Under the pieces are notes generated by a model. It made no database searches. It saw nothing but the letters and a program-made list of their open reading frames with translations, and was not told the origin of the DNA. From an uncultured Ectothiorhodospiraceae bacterium (GTDB taxonomy: Bacteria; Pseudomonadota; Gammaproteobacteria; GCA-002705445; GCA-002716945): a DNA stretch of 64,000 nucleotides. The stretch covers positions 27,734-91,733 of the forward strand of contig CAYFEQ010000003.1 in the NCBI GenBank assembly GCA_964342155.1, read 5' to 3'. Shown here piece by piece: positions 46,328 to 55,895 of the stretch. Each line of letters opens with the position of its first letter. Positions within the stretch are counted from its first letter, which is position 1. The position numbers and the translations under genes were made by a program.

Positions 46328-46717
46328 ATGACATCTAGAAAAAAAATACTTGACACTTTTGAAAACCCACAAGATAAAAAAGACTATCTCATTAATATGA
46401 GGATACCAGAATTTACCTGTTTATGTCCTTTGACTTCTCAGCCAGATTTTGCCGAATTCTCTATAGACTATGTGCCACATAAATTATGTGTCGAACTGAA
46501 ATCATTGAAACTATATATGGGTTCTTTTAGGAATGAAGGGGCATTTCATGAAGATGTAACAAATACTATATTGAGCGATATATCTGGGCTTATCAAACCT
46601 AGATATATGACTATTACAGGATATTGGAAAGTAAGAGGTGGGATAATCACGACTGTAACTACTAGGTATATAAAAAATGGTTGGAAAGACTCGAATCAAT
46701 TAATTACACATGCATAG
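46328..46717 (+). CDS. queF: NADPH-dependent preQ0 reductase (short single-domain type)
   Basis: EFTCLCPLTSQPDFA, VELKSLKLY, FHE, RGGI. Confidence 0.94.
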   Translation: MTSRKKILDTFENPQDKKDYLINMRIPEFTCLCPLTSQPDFAEFSIDYVPHKLCVELKSLKLYMGSFRNEGAFHEDVTNTILSDISGLIKPRYMTITGYWKVRGGIITTVTTRYIKNGWKDSNQLITHA

Positions 46718-47549
46718 ACTATTTATAAAAAAAGTAATAATTATCATAATATGTATATTTCCTTCAGATAGTAATACTTCTTCTATTTTTAAGACTAAAT
46801 ATCTTAATGTGCCAGGAGGTATATTCTTGCAAGAAATTACTCAACAGCAATACAGAAATGATGTTTTTATAAATGATATAAAAATATTAACTAAGCAAAT
46901 TGATAACAAATTCTACCTTATATATGGTATCCCTTATAAAACTCCCATCGGAGATCAATCAATAAATATTGTAGGTCAAAATACTCAAAAAACTGTAAAT
47001 TTTTATTTAAAAAAGAAAAAATTTAAAAAACAATATATAAAAATTTCAAAAAAATATACCGAACCTTCAACGGATGATATTAAAAGAATCATAAAAGAAC
47101 AGAATATTCTTAAATCTTATAGAAAAACATGGTCCTCTAATAATCCTGATACTAATTTTGTTTATCCTGTACAAGGAATTACAACGGGCGTCTTTGGAAC
47201 TGAAAGATATTATAATGGAAAAAAAGGTCGTTATCATAATGGAATGGATATTGCAGCAAAAATGAATGATCCGATTGTAGCACCCTCATCAGGGAAAGTT
47301 ATAATTGTAGGAGATTTTTTTTATAATGGTAAGTTTGTTTATATAGACCATGGAAAAGGATTACTTAGTATTTTCATACATCTGAATGAAATCTCTGTAA
47401 AAAAAGGGGTATATGTTAAAAAAGGCGATTTGATTGGAAGAATTGGAACAACAGGTATATCAACAGGACCTCATGTTCATTGGTCAATGATGCTCAATCA
47501 AACTTATATTGATCCAATGATATTTCTTGATGCAGATATAAATAATTAA
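46710..47549 (+). CDS. M23 family peptidoglycan metallopeptidase
   Basis: H.G.D (HNGMD), IDHG, HLN, TGISTGPHVH. Confidence 0.9.
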   Translation: MHRLFIKKVIIIIICIFPSDSNTSSIFKTKYLNVPGGIFLQEITQQQYRNDVFINDIKILTKQIDNKFYLIYGIPYKTPIGDQSINIVGQNTQKTVNFYLKKKKFKKQYIKISKKYTEPSTDDIKRIIKEQNILKSYRKTWSSNNPDTNFVYPVQGITTGVFGTERYYNGKKGRYHNGMDIAAKMNDPIVAPSSGKVIIVGDFFYNGKFVYIDHGKGLLSIFIHLNEISVKKGVYVKKGDLIGRIGTTGISTGPHVHWSMMLNQTYIDPMIFLDADINN

Positions 47550-47622
47550 ATACATTTTTTCCTTGAAGGTTATATCAATAAATAGGAGAATGAGATGTTA
47601 TACAAAATTGGAGGGGTATAAA

Positions 47623-47895
47623 ATGCCACAATATGTAATAGAAAGAGAAATTCCAGGAGCTGGCGATCTTAGTGCAGACGATCTTAAAGGTATTTCACAA
47701 AAATCTTGTGGAATCCTAAAGGATATGGGCACAGGAATTGAATGGGATCACAGTTATGTAACTGGTGATAAAGTCTACTGCGTTTACAATGCAGACAACG
47801 AACAGCTCATTAGAGACCATGCTGAAACAGGTGGGTTTCCTGCAAATAAAATCTCTGAAGTTAAAAATATAATTAGCCCTAAAACTGCTGAGTAG
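47623..47895 (+). CDS. DUF4242 family protein (SCO4226-like small metal-binding protein); start MPQY at 47623
   Basis: MPQYVIEREIPG..L, W.HSYV..DK.YCVY.A.....IR.HA...GFPAN.I; GGAGG SD 8 nt upstream. Confidence 0.85.
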   Translation: MPQYVIEREIPGAGDLSADDLKGISQKSCGILKDMGTGIEWDHSYVTGDKVYCVYNADNEQLIRDHAETGGFPANKISEVKNIISPKTAE

Positions 47896-47912
47896 TATTT
47901 TTTAAAAAAATT

Positions 47913-47942
47913 GAACCCATTCCTAAATGGGTTCTTTTTTTT
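47913..47942 (+). terminator. Intrinsic terminator, probably bidirectional, overlapping the der 3' end
   Basis: GAACCCATT-CCTA-AATGGGTTC followed by T8; an A-run on the other side gives a T-run on the minus strand. Confidence 0.75.
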
Positions 47943-49230
47943 GTGAAAATTTTAACTCAAGTGGCAGTCCTATTAAATTCAATTCTGTGGAAAAATAGTT
48001 AAGTAAATATTTTTTATAAGATGGAGAAATATGACTCAAACCATTTCCATATATATAAATAATAAGTTCACGTAGACTACTTTGTTGTGCAAATTTTAAT
48101 TTAGGTCTTTTTTTATTATAGATTGGTGGCTGATGTTTAGAAGTTGCGTCATAGAGAATTTTAGTTAATTTTGCAGACTTGTATCTTTTATTCAATAATT
48201 TAGAAATTGCTATAATTGTAGCTGGGATTTTAGAAAGATTCTTTTTTTTAATAGCAGAAACAAAGAATATTTCTGCATTACTTGTAATATTTGAAAAGTA
48301 TGCGATATCTTTTTTTAATTTCTTCAAATCACTGACTGTTATTGCATCAATTTTATTCGTGACAATAAAAAAAGGTTTATTATACTTTTTGATATGAGTA
48401 AGGATTAATTTATCCTGCTTAGTAATCCCATCTTGAGCGCTCAATACTAGTATACATATATCTGTAGTCTTAATAGTTGATAATGTTTGAGTAATACTAA
48501 ATTTTTGTATAATACTCTTAGTTTTTGATTTTTTTAAAATCCCAGCAGTATCATATAATAGAAATGAGCTTTTTTTTGACTTGTATTTAATTTCCACAGA
48601 ATCTAATGTCGTTCCAGAATTTTCTGACGTAATCATTCGATCATATTTTATCAAACTATTAATTAGAGTAGATTTTCCAACATTGGGTTTGCCTATAAAT
48701 GAAATTCTTAAATTATTTTCATCTAAAATTTTATTTTCACCTTCTAAAATATCAAAAATCTTATTTTCTAATTCTATGATTCCTTCATTCGTTTTTGCAG
48801 AAATTATAAAAATATCTTTATAGCCAAGCTTATAAAAAGTATTTATATTATCTCTTTTAGAAAGTAAATCAGATTTATTTATAACCAATAGGACTTTTTT
48901 ATTATGTTTTCTAAGTATTTGTGATATTTCTAAATCTTTATTAGTTAATCCTTCTTTTGATGATGTCATAAACAATACTAGTTTGCTTTGCTTGATAGAT
49001 TGATATATTCGAGCTTCAACTTCTTTGTTATATCTATCTTTATCTTGTGGGAACCCACCAGTGTCTTCAATTACAATAGATTTATCTTTATGAGAAATTA
49101 TCCCATGATTAATATCACGAGTACTTCCATCAAAGTCAACAACTAATGATTTTCTTGATTTAACAAGTTTATTGAAAAGCAGGGATTTCCCCACATTCGT
49201 TCTACCAACTAAAGAAACTTGAGTCTTCAT
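47923..49230 (-). CDS. der: Ribosome biogenesis GTPase Der (start MKTQ at 49230)
   Basis: Two GTPase domains (GRTNVGKS/DTGG/NKSD; GKPNVGKS/DTAG/NKID) plus KH-like tail. Confidence 0.95.
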   Translation of the reverse strand: MKTQVSLVGRTNVGKSLLFNKLVKSRKSLVVDFDGSTRDINHGIISHKDKSIVIEDTGGFPQDKDRYNKEVEARIYQSIKQSKLVLFMTSSKEGLTNKDLEISQILRKHNKKVLLVINKSDLLSKRDNINTFYKLGYKDIFIISAKTNEGIIELENKIFDILEGENKILDENNLRISFIGKPNVGKSTLINSLIKYDRMITSENSGTTLDSVEIKYKSKKSSFLLYDTAGILKKSKTKSIIQKFSITQTLSTIKTTDICILVLSAQDGITKQDKLILTHIKKYNKPFFIVTNKIDAITVSDLKKLKKDIAYFSNITSNAEIFFVSAIKKKNLSKIPATIIAISKLLNKRYKSAKLTKILYDATSKHQPPIYNKKRPKLKFAQQSSLRELIIYIYGNGLSHISPSYKKYLLNYFSTELNLIGLPLELKFSQKKEPI

Positions 49231-50461
49231 ATTTGCGCTCAAAAACATTGAACGCAGTAAGCTTACCATTTTTTTCTAATATAAAAAAACTTTTGTTAGA
49301 TTTTAGTATTCTTATTTGATAGTCAATTTCACCAGTAATTTTTTCATATTCAAGAATCTTGCCATTAAATTTATCTAGCAATGAAATATAACCCTGGTCA
49401 TTCATTACAATAACAGTATTTTCTAAGACCACAGGCTGTAATAACTTCTCTCTTTCAACTAATTTAGTCTTCCATAACGTCTCACCATTATATTTATTCA
49501 ATGCATGTAGATATCCGTCTACAGAGGATACAAACAGCCTTTCATCATCACCGTCAAGATTAGAGACAACCGAAATTGGGGTAGACCATAATAAGGACCC
49601 TGAGATTGAATCAACAGCAATTAGGTTTCCTTGATAGGAACCAACAAATATTAAACCAGAGTCAACATATGGTGACATCTCAACATCTCGAAGGGATTCT
49701 AGTTCATTTCTACCTGATTTAGCAGAAATAGATATATACCAATTTAGTTTTCCTGATTGCTGTAATAACGAAATTAGGGTTCCGTCGTCCCTAGCTACAT
49801 AAATATTCTCATAATCTACTGATGCAGATCCTGAGCCCCTTAATGATAACGGTATGTTGTTACTAATGTTTTTCCACGATAAACTACCGTCTGTAATATC
49901 TATAGCTAGTGTATCTCCATCGTTAGTTTTGATAAAAATATTATTATATGAACCTACCACAGGTGCTATTGATTCACTTTTAAGCTGAAAATGCCACTCA
50001 GGTTTTACAGGCAAAGAATCAGAAATAAATGGAATGCTATAGACGTTAAATAAATTATCGCTCTCTTTAAGTCTATCGCTTTTAATGGCATAAATTTTTC
50101 CATCAGTTGTACCAAAAAAAACTAAATCTTTATAAGAAGTTATACCAGACGTAACATCTAAATTCATATTCTGTGACCAATTTCTATCACCAGTTTGAGA
50201 ATCAATAGAGTTAATTAATCCATCTGAATCAATAGTATAAATATTGTTTTTACTATCAAAAGATGGTTGTAGTACCGTACTCTTCGGACTTCTTCCTCCT
50301 CCTGCATCAATCGACCAAAGTTCTTCTATGATGTAATTTGTCGATACTTCTGGTTTTGGCTCAAATTCTGTTGACTCTTTCTTAAAAACTTTTTCATAGT
50401 AAGCGCAGCTTGACAACGTCAAAGAGAATAGACATATATATAATATTTTTAAATTTTTCAT
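49202..50461 (-). CDS. bamB: Outer membrane assembly lipoprotein BamB
   Basis: Lipobox LSSC, PQQ-like beta-propeller repeats, position yfgM-bamB-der. Confidence 0.88.
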   Translation of the reverse strand: MKNLKILYICLFSLTLSSCAYYEKVFKKESTEFEPKPEVSTNYIIEELWSIDAGGGRSPKSTVLQPSFDSKNNIYTIDSDGLINSIDSQTGDRNWSQNMNLDVTSGITSYKDLVFFGTTDGKIYAIKSDRLKESDNLFNVYSIPFISDSLPVKPEWHFQLKSESIAPVVGSYNNIFIKTNDGDTLAIDITDGSLSWKNISNNIPLSLRGSGSASVDYENIYVARDDGTLISLLQQSGKLNWYISISAKSGRNELESLRDVEMSPYVDSGLIFVGSYQGNLIAVDSISGSLLWSTPISVVSNLDGDDERLFVSSVDGYLHALNKYNGETLWKTKLVEREKLLQPVVLENTVIVMNDQGYISLLDKFNGKILEYEKITGEIDYQIRILKSNKSFFILEKNGKLTAFNVFERKYEDSSFFSW

Positions 50462-51075
50462 TTTATTGTATTAATCTTATTTTCCAAGATTTTTAACTTG
50501 TTAGGGGTTAAAGTAAAATTGAGAACTGCATTATATTTTTGCTTTGCTAGCTCTATTTCACCATCCTTATAATATATATCACCTAGGAGTTCGACTAAAA
50601 TATAGTTTTTTTCATATGGATCAATTGTTTTTATTAGAGACTTTGCCTCATTGAGCTGATTATTAGAAATCATCAATCTAGTTTTACGTATTTGAGCAAT
50701 CATCTTAATATGCTGAGAGGATGAATTAGAAATAATAAAATTAAGTTTATCAAATGCCTTATCAATTTCTTTATTATTAACAAAGATTTTTACTGAATAT
50801 AGATTTATTAGATTTGTATATATATTTGATGGATGGTCTTGTGATAATTGCTTATCTTTTTCTAATAAGTATTCTACATTACCTTCTCTATATTTATTTA
50901 AAGTTGTCTCATATTCAAAAGATAGATTTGATGTTATCTGGTCTTGATAATCAATATAGTATTTATATGTAAGTATAAGGAAGATACCAGCAAATAATCC
51001 TATAAGCATACTTTTTAAATTATCTTTGAACCAAGATAAAAGTTTCTCTTCTTCTTCTGTATATTCGTCACTCAT
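50458..51075 (-). CDS. yfgM: YfgM-like ancillary SecYEG translocon subunit (TM + TPR)
   Basis: EEEEKLLSWFK.N, single TM, ELLGDIY; position after hisS. Confidence 0.82.
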   Translation of the reverse strand: MSDEYTEEEEKLLSWFKDNLKSMLIGLFAGIFLILTYKYYIDYQDQITSNLSFEYETTLNKYREGNVEYLLEKDKQLSQDHPSNIYTNLINLYSVKIFVNNKEIDKAFDKLNFIISNSSSQHIKMIAQIRKTRLMISNNQLNEAKSLIKTIDPYEKNYILVELLGDIYYKDGEIELAKQKYNAVLNFTLTPNKLKILENKINTIK

Positions 51076-52358
51076 TTATTAATCTTATCAAAAATCTTTA
51101 TTAGTTCATTTTTTGAAATCTTTTCTTTTTTTACTTTATCCCTTGAATCTTTAATAGTATATGTATTTGATTTAATTTCTTCATCACCGAAAAATAAAAT
51201 ATACTTTGGTTTGATTTGCTCAGCCTGTTTATATTGTTTATCTATATTTGATGAAGAGTCAGTGCTATAAAAACTAATCTTCTCAAATTGGTTACGGAGA
51301 GATTCTGTTATTGCAAGCCCTGCAAAATTATCCTCTGTAGAGTAATTGATAATTGCAACAGAATTTTCTTGTATGTTATTCTGACTGAGTTTTGATAAAA
51401 TCATTAAAATTCTTTCTACTCCAGCTGCAAATCCAATTGCAGGTACGTCAACACCTCCTATTTTTTTAACCAATCCATCATATCTACCGCCTGCGCATAT
51501 AGCATCTTGACTGCCTAAAGAATCATGTTTCCATTCAAAAACAGTATCATTATAGTAATCTAGACCCCTAACAATAGAATTATCAAGAGTATATTTGATA
51601 TGTGATTGTTCTAACTTCTCTATCAAACTTTCAAAACGTTTTTTAGATTCTGTTGATAAAATATCTACAAGATTAGGAAGATCTTGCAATATTTCTTTAA
51701 TTTTTTCTGATTTCGCATCTAAAAGCCTAATAGGGTTTCGTGTCAAAGTGTTTTGTTGTTCTTCAGTAAGTTCTTTCTTAAATTTACTTAACAAACTGTT
51801 TATTTTTTCTCCATAACCCAATCTGTCTTCTTCATTACCAATAGAATTAAGATGTAGTTTTATTCCATCTATCTTACATTCATCATTAAAAAGTCTATTT
51901 CCAAAAAAAATTATTTCTAAATCACTGTTGATATTATCAAATCCAAAATATTCAATACCAAATTGATCAAATTGTCTAAATCTTCCTTTCTGAGGTCTTT
52001 CTCTTCTAAACATTGGACCATAATACCAATATTTTTTTCGTTTTATTCCTCTATCAAATATTAAATTATTTTCTAAAGCAGACCTTACGCATGAAACTGT
52101 ACCTTCTGGACGTAGACTAAGAGAATCAGCATTTTTATCTTCAAAAGTATACATTTCTTTATTGACTATTTCTGTTGTTGAGCCAATTGATCTATTAAAC
52201 AGTTCCGTTTTTTCTAAGATAGGAGTTCTTAATTCATTAATGCCGTATTGTTTTGTGATACTAGAAATAGTAGTTTTAAAGTTATCCAATAATTTTAATT
52301 CAGAACTGTTATATATGTCCTTAAAACCCCTAACTATTTTTATTGTATCATCGGTCAT
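51072..52358 (-). CDS. hisS: Histidine--tRNA ligase
   Basis: LRPEGT, FRRERPQKGRFRQF, VRGLDYY, GGRYD. Confidence 0.97.
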   Translation of the reverse strand: MTDDTIKIVRGFKDIYNSSELKLLDNFKTTISSITKQYGINELRTPILEKTELFNRSIGSTTEIVNKEMYTFEDKNADSLSLRPEGTVSCVRSALENNLIFDRGIKRKKYWYYGPMFRRERPQKGRFRQFDQFGIEYFGFDNINSDLEIIFFGNRLFNDECKIDGIKLHLNSIGNEEDRLGYGEKINSLLSKFKKELTEEQQNTLTRNPIRLLDAKSEKIKEILQDLPNLVDILSTESKKRFESLIEKLEQSHIKYTLDNSIVRGLDYYNDTVFEWKHDSLGSQDAICAGGRYDGLVKKIGGVDVPAIGFAAGVERILMILSKLSQNNIQENSVAIINYSTEDNFAGLAITESLRNQFEKISFYSTDSSSNIDKQYKQAEQIKPKYILFFGDEEIKSNTYTIKDSRDKVKKEKISKNELIKIFDKINK

Positions 52359-52383
52359 AATTTAAAAAATTGATAAAGAGAAT

Positions 52384-52788
52384 TCATTTAAAAAAAAATT
52401 CAATTTCTTTTTTAGCATTTTCAATGCTGTCAGATCCATGCACTGAGTTTCTTTCTTTGCTTTCAGCAAAAAGTTTTCTAATTGTTTCTGGCTTAGCATC
52501 TTCTGGATCCGTTGCTCCCATAAGGTCACGATAAGCATTAACCGCATTATCACCTTTGAGTTTTAGAGCTACTATTTTATTTGAAGTCATGTAATCAACA
52601 AGAGATTTAAAAAATGGCCTGTCTTTATGGATAGAATAAAATTCTTCAGCATTATCTCTCGAAAGCTGCAACATTCTTACTTCCATTACTTTCAATCCAT
52701 TTTTTTCGATTAAAGAAATTATTGAGCCTATAAGATTTCTTTCAATAGCATCTGGTTTAATTATAGATAATGTTTCTTCAAGCGCCAT
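52384..52788 (-). CDS. ndk: Nucleoside diphosphate kinase
   Basis: TLSIIKPDA, GATDP, NSVHGSDS. Confidence 0.97.
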   Translation of the reverse strand: MALEETLSIIKPDAIERNLIGSIISLIEKNGLKVMEVRMLQLSRDNAEEFYSIHKDRPFFKSLVDYMTSNKIVALKLKGDNAVNAYRDLMGATDPEDAKPETIRKLFAESKERNSVHGSDSIENAKKEIEFFFK

Positions 52789-52986
52789 TTACTTTTCCTC
52801 TATCCAAGCCATCTGTATAGCCTCTAAAATTTTTTCATTAGAATTATCTGGCACATCATCAAAATCATCCAATTCACATATCCATTTATGTAAATCAGTA
52901 AATCTTATGGATAAGGGATCTATATCCGGGTGTTTATCATCAAGCGCAATTGCTATCTCTAAACTATCTGTCCATTTTAAGCTCAT
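52789..52986 (-). CDS. iscX: Fe-S assembly protein IscX (start MSLKW at 52986)
   Basis: LKWTD..EIA..L...HPD.DP..IRFTDL..WI..L.DFDD...[13 protein letters not shown]. Confidence 0.95.
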   Translation of the reverse strand: MSLKWTDSLEIAIALDDKHPDIDPLSIRFTDLHKWICELDDFDDVPDNSNEKILEAIQMAWIEEK

Positions 52987-52987
52987 A

Positions 52988-53326
52988 TTAATTGCTCTCT
53001 GACACCTGATTAATTGTATATTTTGGTATTTCAACAATCAAATCTTTATTATTGATAATTGCCTGGCAACTTAATCTTGATTGAGGTTTGAGTCCCCATG
53101 CCTTATCTAGATAATCATCTTCATCCTCTGTTGGAGATTCAAGAGATTCATAACCTTCATTCACATATACATGACAGGTTGTGCATGCACATGATAGTTC
53201 ACATGCGTGTTCAATCATTATTCCACTATCAAGAGCTGCCCGACAAATACTTGTTCCTTGAGGGACATCTATTGTAGCTCCTTCTGGGCAAATTTCTTTA
53301 TTGGGTAAAAATGTAATTTTTGGCAT
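52988..53326 (-). CDS. fdx: ISC system 2Fe-2S ferredoxin
   Basis: [20 protein letters not shown]. Confidence 0.96.
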   Translation of the reverse strand: MPKITFLPNKEICPEGATIDVPQGTSICRAALDSGIMIEHACELSCACTTCHVYVNEGYESLESPTEDEDDYLDKAWGLKPQSRLSCQAIINNKDLIVEIPKYTINQVSESN

Positions 53327-53330
53327 CGAA

Positions 53331-55061
53331 TTAGATTATATCATCAATATTTTTACCTGCAATCAAGGACTTAATGCTGGCATTCATTCTTCGTTCTACA
53401 TAAAATTCAGATGATTCTTCTAATTTTTTAATTGCTGATAAGATTTCATCTGAATTATCTTTTTTTATTAATTTTTTTAATTCTTCTAATGGTGTATTGA
53501 TTAAGGAAAATTCATTATCATCTAATAATTCTTTTCCATCTTTTTTCAAAGCTTCGGTTATTGCATAAATTACTCTTTCAGCTTCAACCCTACTTTCATT
53601 AAGTTTTCTTAACTTCATATCAATTTCAGCAGAATTATTTGAATCTTCTATCATTTTCATAAGCTCATCTTCAGTCATTCCATAAGAAGGATTAACTTCT
53701 ATATCTGTTCTATTTCCTGAACTTTCTTCCTCTGCAGATACCGATAAAAGACCATCAACATCAATTTGAAATTCAACCTTAATTCGTGCACCCCCTGCTA
53801 CCATTGGTGATATATCATGCAATGTAAATCTTGATAATGATTTACAATCGTCAACTAATTCTCTTTCGCCTTGTATGACATGTATTAGTAATTTAGTTTG
53901 CCCATCTTTGAATGTAGTAAAATTTTTTGAAGCAGAAACAGGTATTGGTGTATTCCTAGGTATAATTTTTTCAGATAAACCTCCATAGGTTTCTATTCCA
54001 AGGGATAATGGCAATACATCAAGTAAAAGGATTTCTTCTTTGTTAGTCCCAGATAGAACCCCAGCTTGTATAGCTGCTCCCTCTGCTACAACTCTGTCTG
54101 GATCAATATCGTCAAGAATTTCACATTCAAATTCATTTTGTAATAAATTTTTTATTAACGGTATTCTTGTTGAGCCACCAACGAGAATAATATTTTTGAT
54201 TTTATTAGTTTCTAGCCCCGAACTCTTTATAGCTTGTTTAGTCATCATCAAGGTTCTAGCGACAAGATCTTTTATTAGTTTATTAAAATCAGCAACTGAT
54301 AACCTTTCTGAATCTTGATTGGTAGTACATATATTTTCTTTAATAAGTTTAGCCTCTTCTAATTCACATCCAATACTCTCTTTTATTAAATTATCAATAT
54401 CATCCCCTCCAAGTGATGTATCTCCATCAGTAGATAGAACCTTAAATACTCCTTTTTGAAGATTTAATACTGAAACATCAAAAGTTCCTCCACCTAAATC
54501 ATAAATAACAAAATTACCTTTTTCCTTAGTGTTGAGTCCATAGGCAATAGCTGCAGCAGTCGGCTCATTTAATAGACGAAGTACTTTTAATCCAGCTATT
54601 TCAGCTGCTTTTTTTGTTGCCTGTCTTTGAATATCATTAAAATAGGCTGGTACAGTGATAACAGCTCCATCTATTGGCTTTTTCTCATTTTTTTCTACAA
54701 TTTCTTTAAGAGCTTTTAATATAAGTGATGAAATCTCAATTGCACTAAATTTTTTACCTGAATCAGATGTTATCATTGGTAGTTTCTCATTAGATAAATC
54801 AAATTCATGTGGAAGTTTGTTAACAAGATTTTTAACTTCTGAGCTAGTTAAGCCAATTAATCTCTTTATAGATTTAATTAACAAAGGCTTTTGAGATTGA
54901 TCATTTATATTAACTACAGAAGGATGCAGTGAACCATAAAATTTTGTTTGTTTACCTCTAGATGCTATCAATGAATTTGTAGTTCCTAAGTCAATACCTA
55001 CTATAAATTTATTTAATTCATTATTAGTAGACTCGGGGTCAGATATTTGAATTAAACTCAT
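53331..55061 (-). CDS. hscA: Fe-S assembly chaperone HscA (short, 576 aa)
   Basis: GIDLGTTNS, TVPAYFND.QRQAT, YDLGGGTFD, VGGSTR, MVAGGARI; isc operon context. Confidence 0.93.
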   Translation of the reverse strand: MSLIQISDPESTNNELNKFIVGIDLGTTNSLIASRGKQTKFYGSLHPSVVNINDQSQKPLLIKSIKRLIGLTSSEVKNLVNKLPHEFDLSNEKLPMITSDSGKKFSAIEISSLILKALKEIVEKNEKKPIDGAVITVPAYFNDIQRQATKKAAEIAGLKVLRLLNEPTAAAIAYGLNTKEKGNFVIYDLGGGTFDVSVLNLQKGVFKVLSTDGDTSLGGDDIDNLIKESIGCELEEAKLIKENICTTNQDSERLSVADFNKLIKDLVARTLMMTKQAIKSSGLETNKIKNIILVGGSTRIPLIKNLLQNEFECEILDDIDPDRVVAEGAAIQAGVLSGTNKEEILLLDVLPLSLGIETYGGLSEKIIPRNTPIPVSASKNFTTFKDGQTKLLIHVIQGERELVDDCKSLSRFTLHDISPMVAGGARIKVEFQIDVDGLLSVSAEEESSGNRTDIEVNPSYGMTEDELMKMIEDSNNSAEIDMKLRKLNESRVEAERVIYAITEALKKDGKELLDDNEFSLINTPLEELKKLIKKDNSDEILSAIKKLEESSEFYVERRMNASIKSLIAGKNIDDII

Positions 55062-55573
55062 GAGGTCAATTTATCGTTAAGTTCATTTGCATGTTTAATA
55101 TAAAATCTTAGTTTGCAAAAAATATTCCACATTTCTTCAAAATCCTTTTTCAAATAACAGTTTTTTATATCATTGATAGATAAAGATATTTTCTTAATTA
55201 TATTATTTTGATAAGAGCTTACTTGGTTAGAATCATTCTCTTTAATATTGTCAATGAATTCATTGAACTCAATTTGCTCTAATAAAAAATTATCATCCTT
55301 AAGTGTTTCAGATTCATCTCTTTTGAAATTATTAATTTTAAATATATAATCAATTCTTTTAATTAAGTCACCTAAAGTTACATATCCATCATTGATATAA
55401 GATGATATTTGAAGAGCTAATCTCTTTTCATGGCTAGATGAATTGGAATATTTATCAGGATGAAATTGTTGTTGTAAATTATTATATTTATTATCCAACG
55501 CAGGCTTATTTACTTCTATACTAACTTCGATACCAAATAAATCAAAATAATTCTTCTTTAAAATGTCCATCAA
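55058..55573 (-). CDS. hscB: Fe-S assembly co-chaperone HscB
   Basis: NYFDLF, FHPDK J-domain, FLLEQIE; context. Confidence 0.92.
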   Translation of the reverse strand: MMDILKKNYFDLFGIEVSIEVNKPALDNKYNNLQQQFHPDKYSNSSSHEKRLALQISSYINDGYVTLGDLIKRIDYIFKINNFKRDESETLKDDNFLLEQIEFNEFIDNIKENDSNQVSSYQNNIIKKISLSINDIKNCYLKKDFEEMWNIFCKLRFYIKHANELNDKLTS

Positions 55574-55893
55574 ACATTAAAACTTTCACCGCATCCACAT
55601 TCATCTTTGACATTTGGGTTTTTGAATCTAAATCCCTCATTAATACCTTCTTTTGAAAAGTCTAATTCTGTTCCTTTAAGATAAACATAGCTTTTTGGGT
55701 TGATGATTATTTTTATGCCGTTATCATCAAAAACTAAATCATCCTGCTCAATTTTATCAGCAAATTCAATTACATACGCGAGCCCTGAACATCCAGTAGT
55801 TTTTACACCTAATCTAAGACCTATTCCTTTACCACGGCTTGAAAGATGTCTTTGCGCATGTTCTGCTGCTGATTTAGTAACTGATATTGACAT
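55570..55893 (-). CDS. iscA: A-type Fe-S carrier IscA (likely start MSISV at 55893)
   Basis: [24 protein letters not shown]. Confidence 0.96.
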   Translation of the reverse strand: MSISVTKSAAEHAQRHLSSRGKGIGLRLGVKTTGCSGLAYVIEFADKIEQDDLVFDDNGIKIIINPKSYVYLKGTELDFSKEGINEGFRFKNPNVKDECGCGESFNV

Positions 55894-55895
55894 TT

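Noticed and set aside
52362-52553. 63-aa minus-strand ORF overlapping ndk
   Set aside because: Alternative frame of the ndk 3' half; no independent start signal
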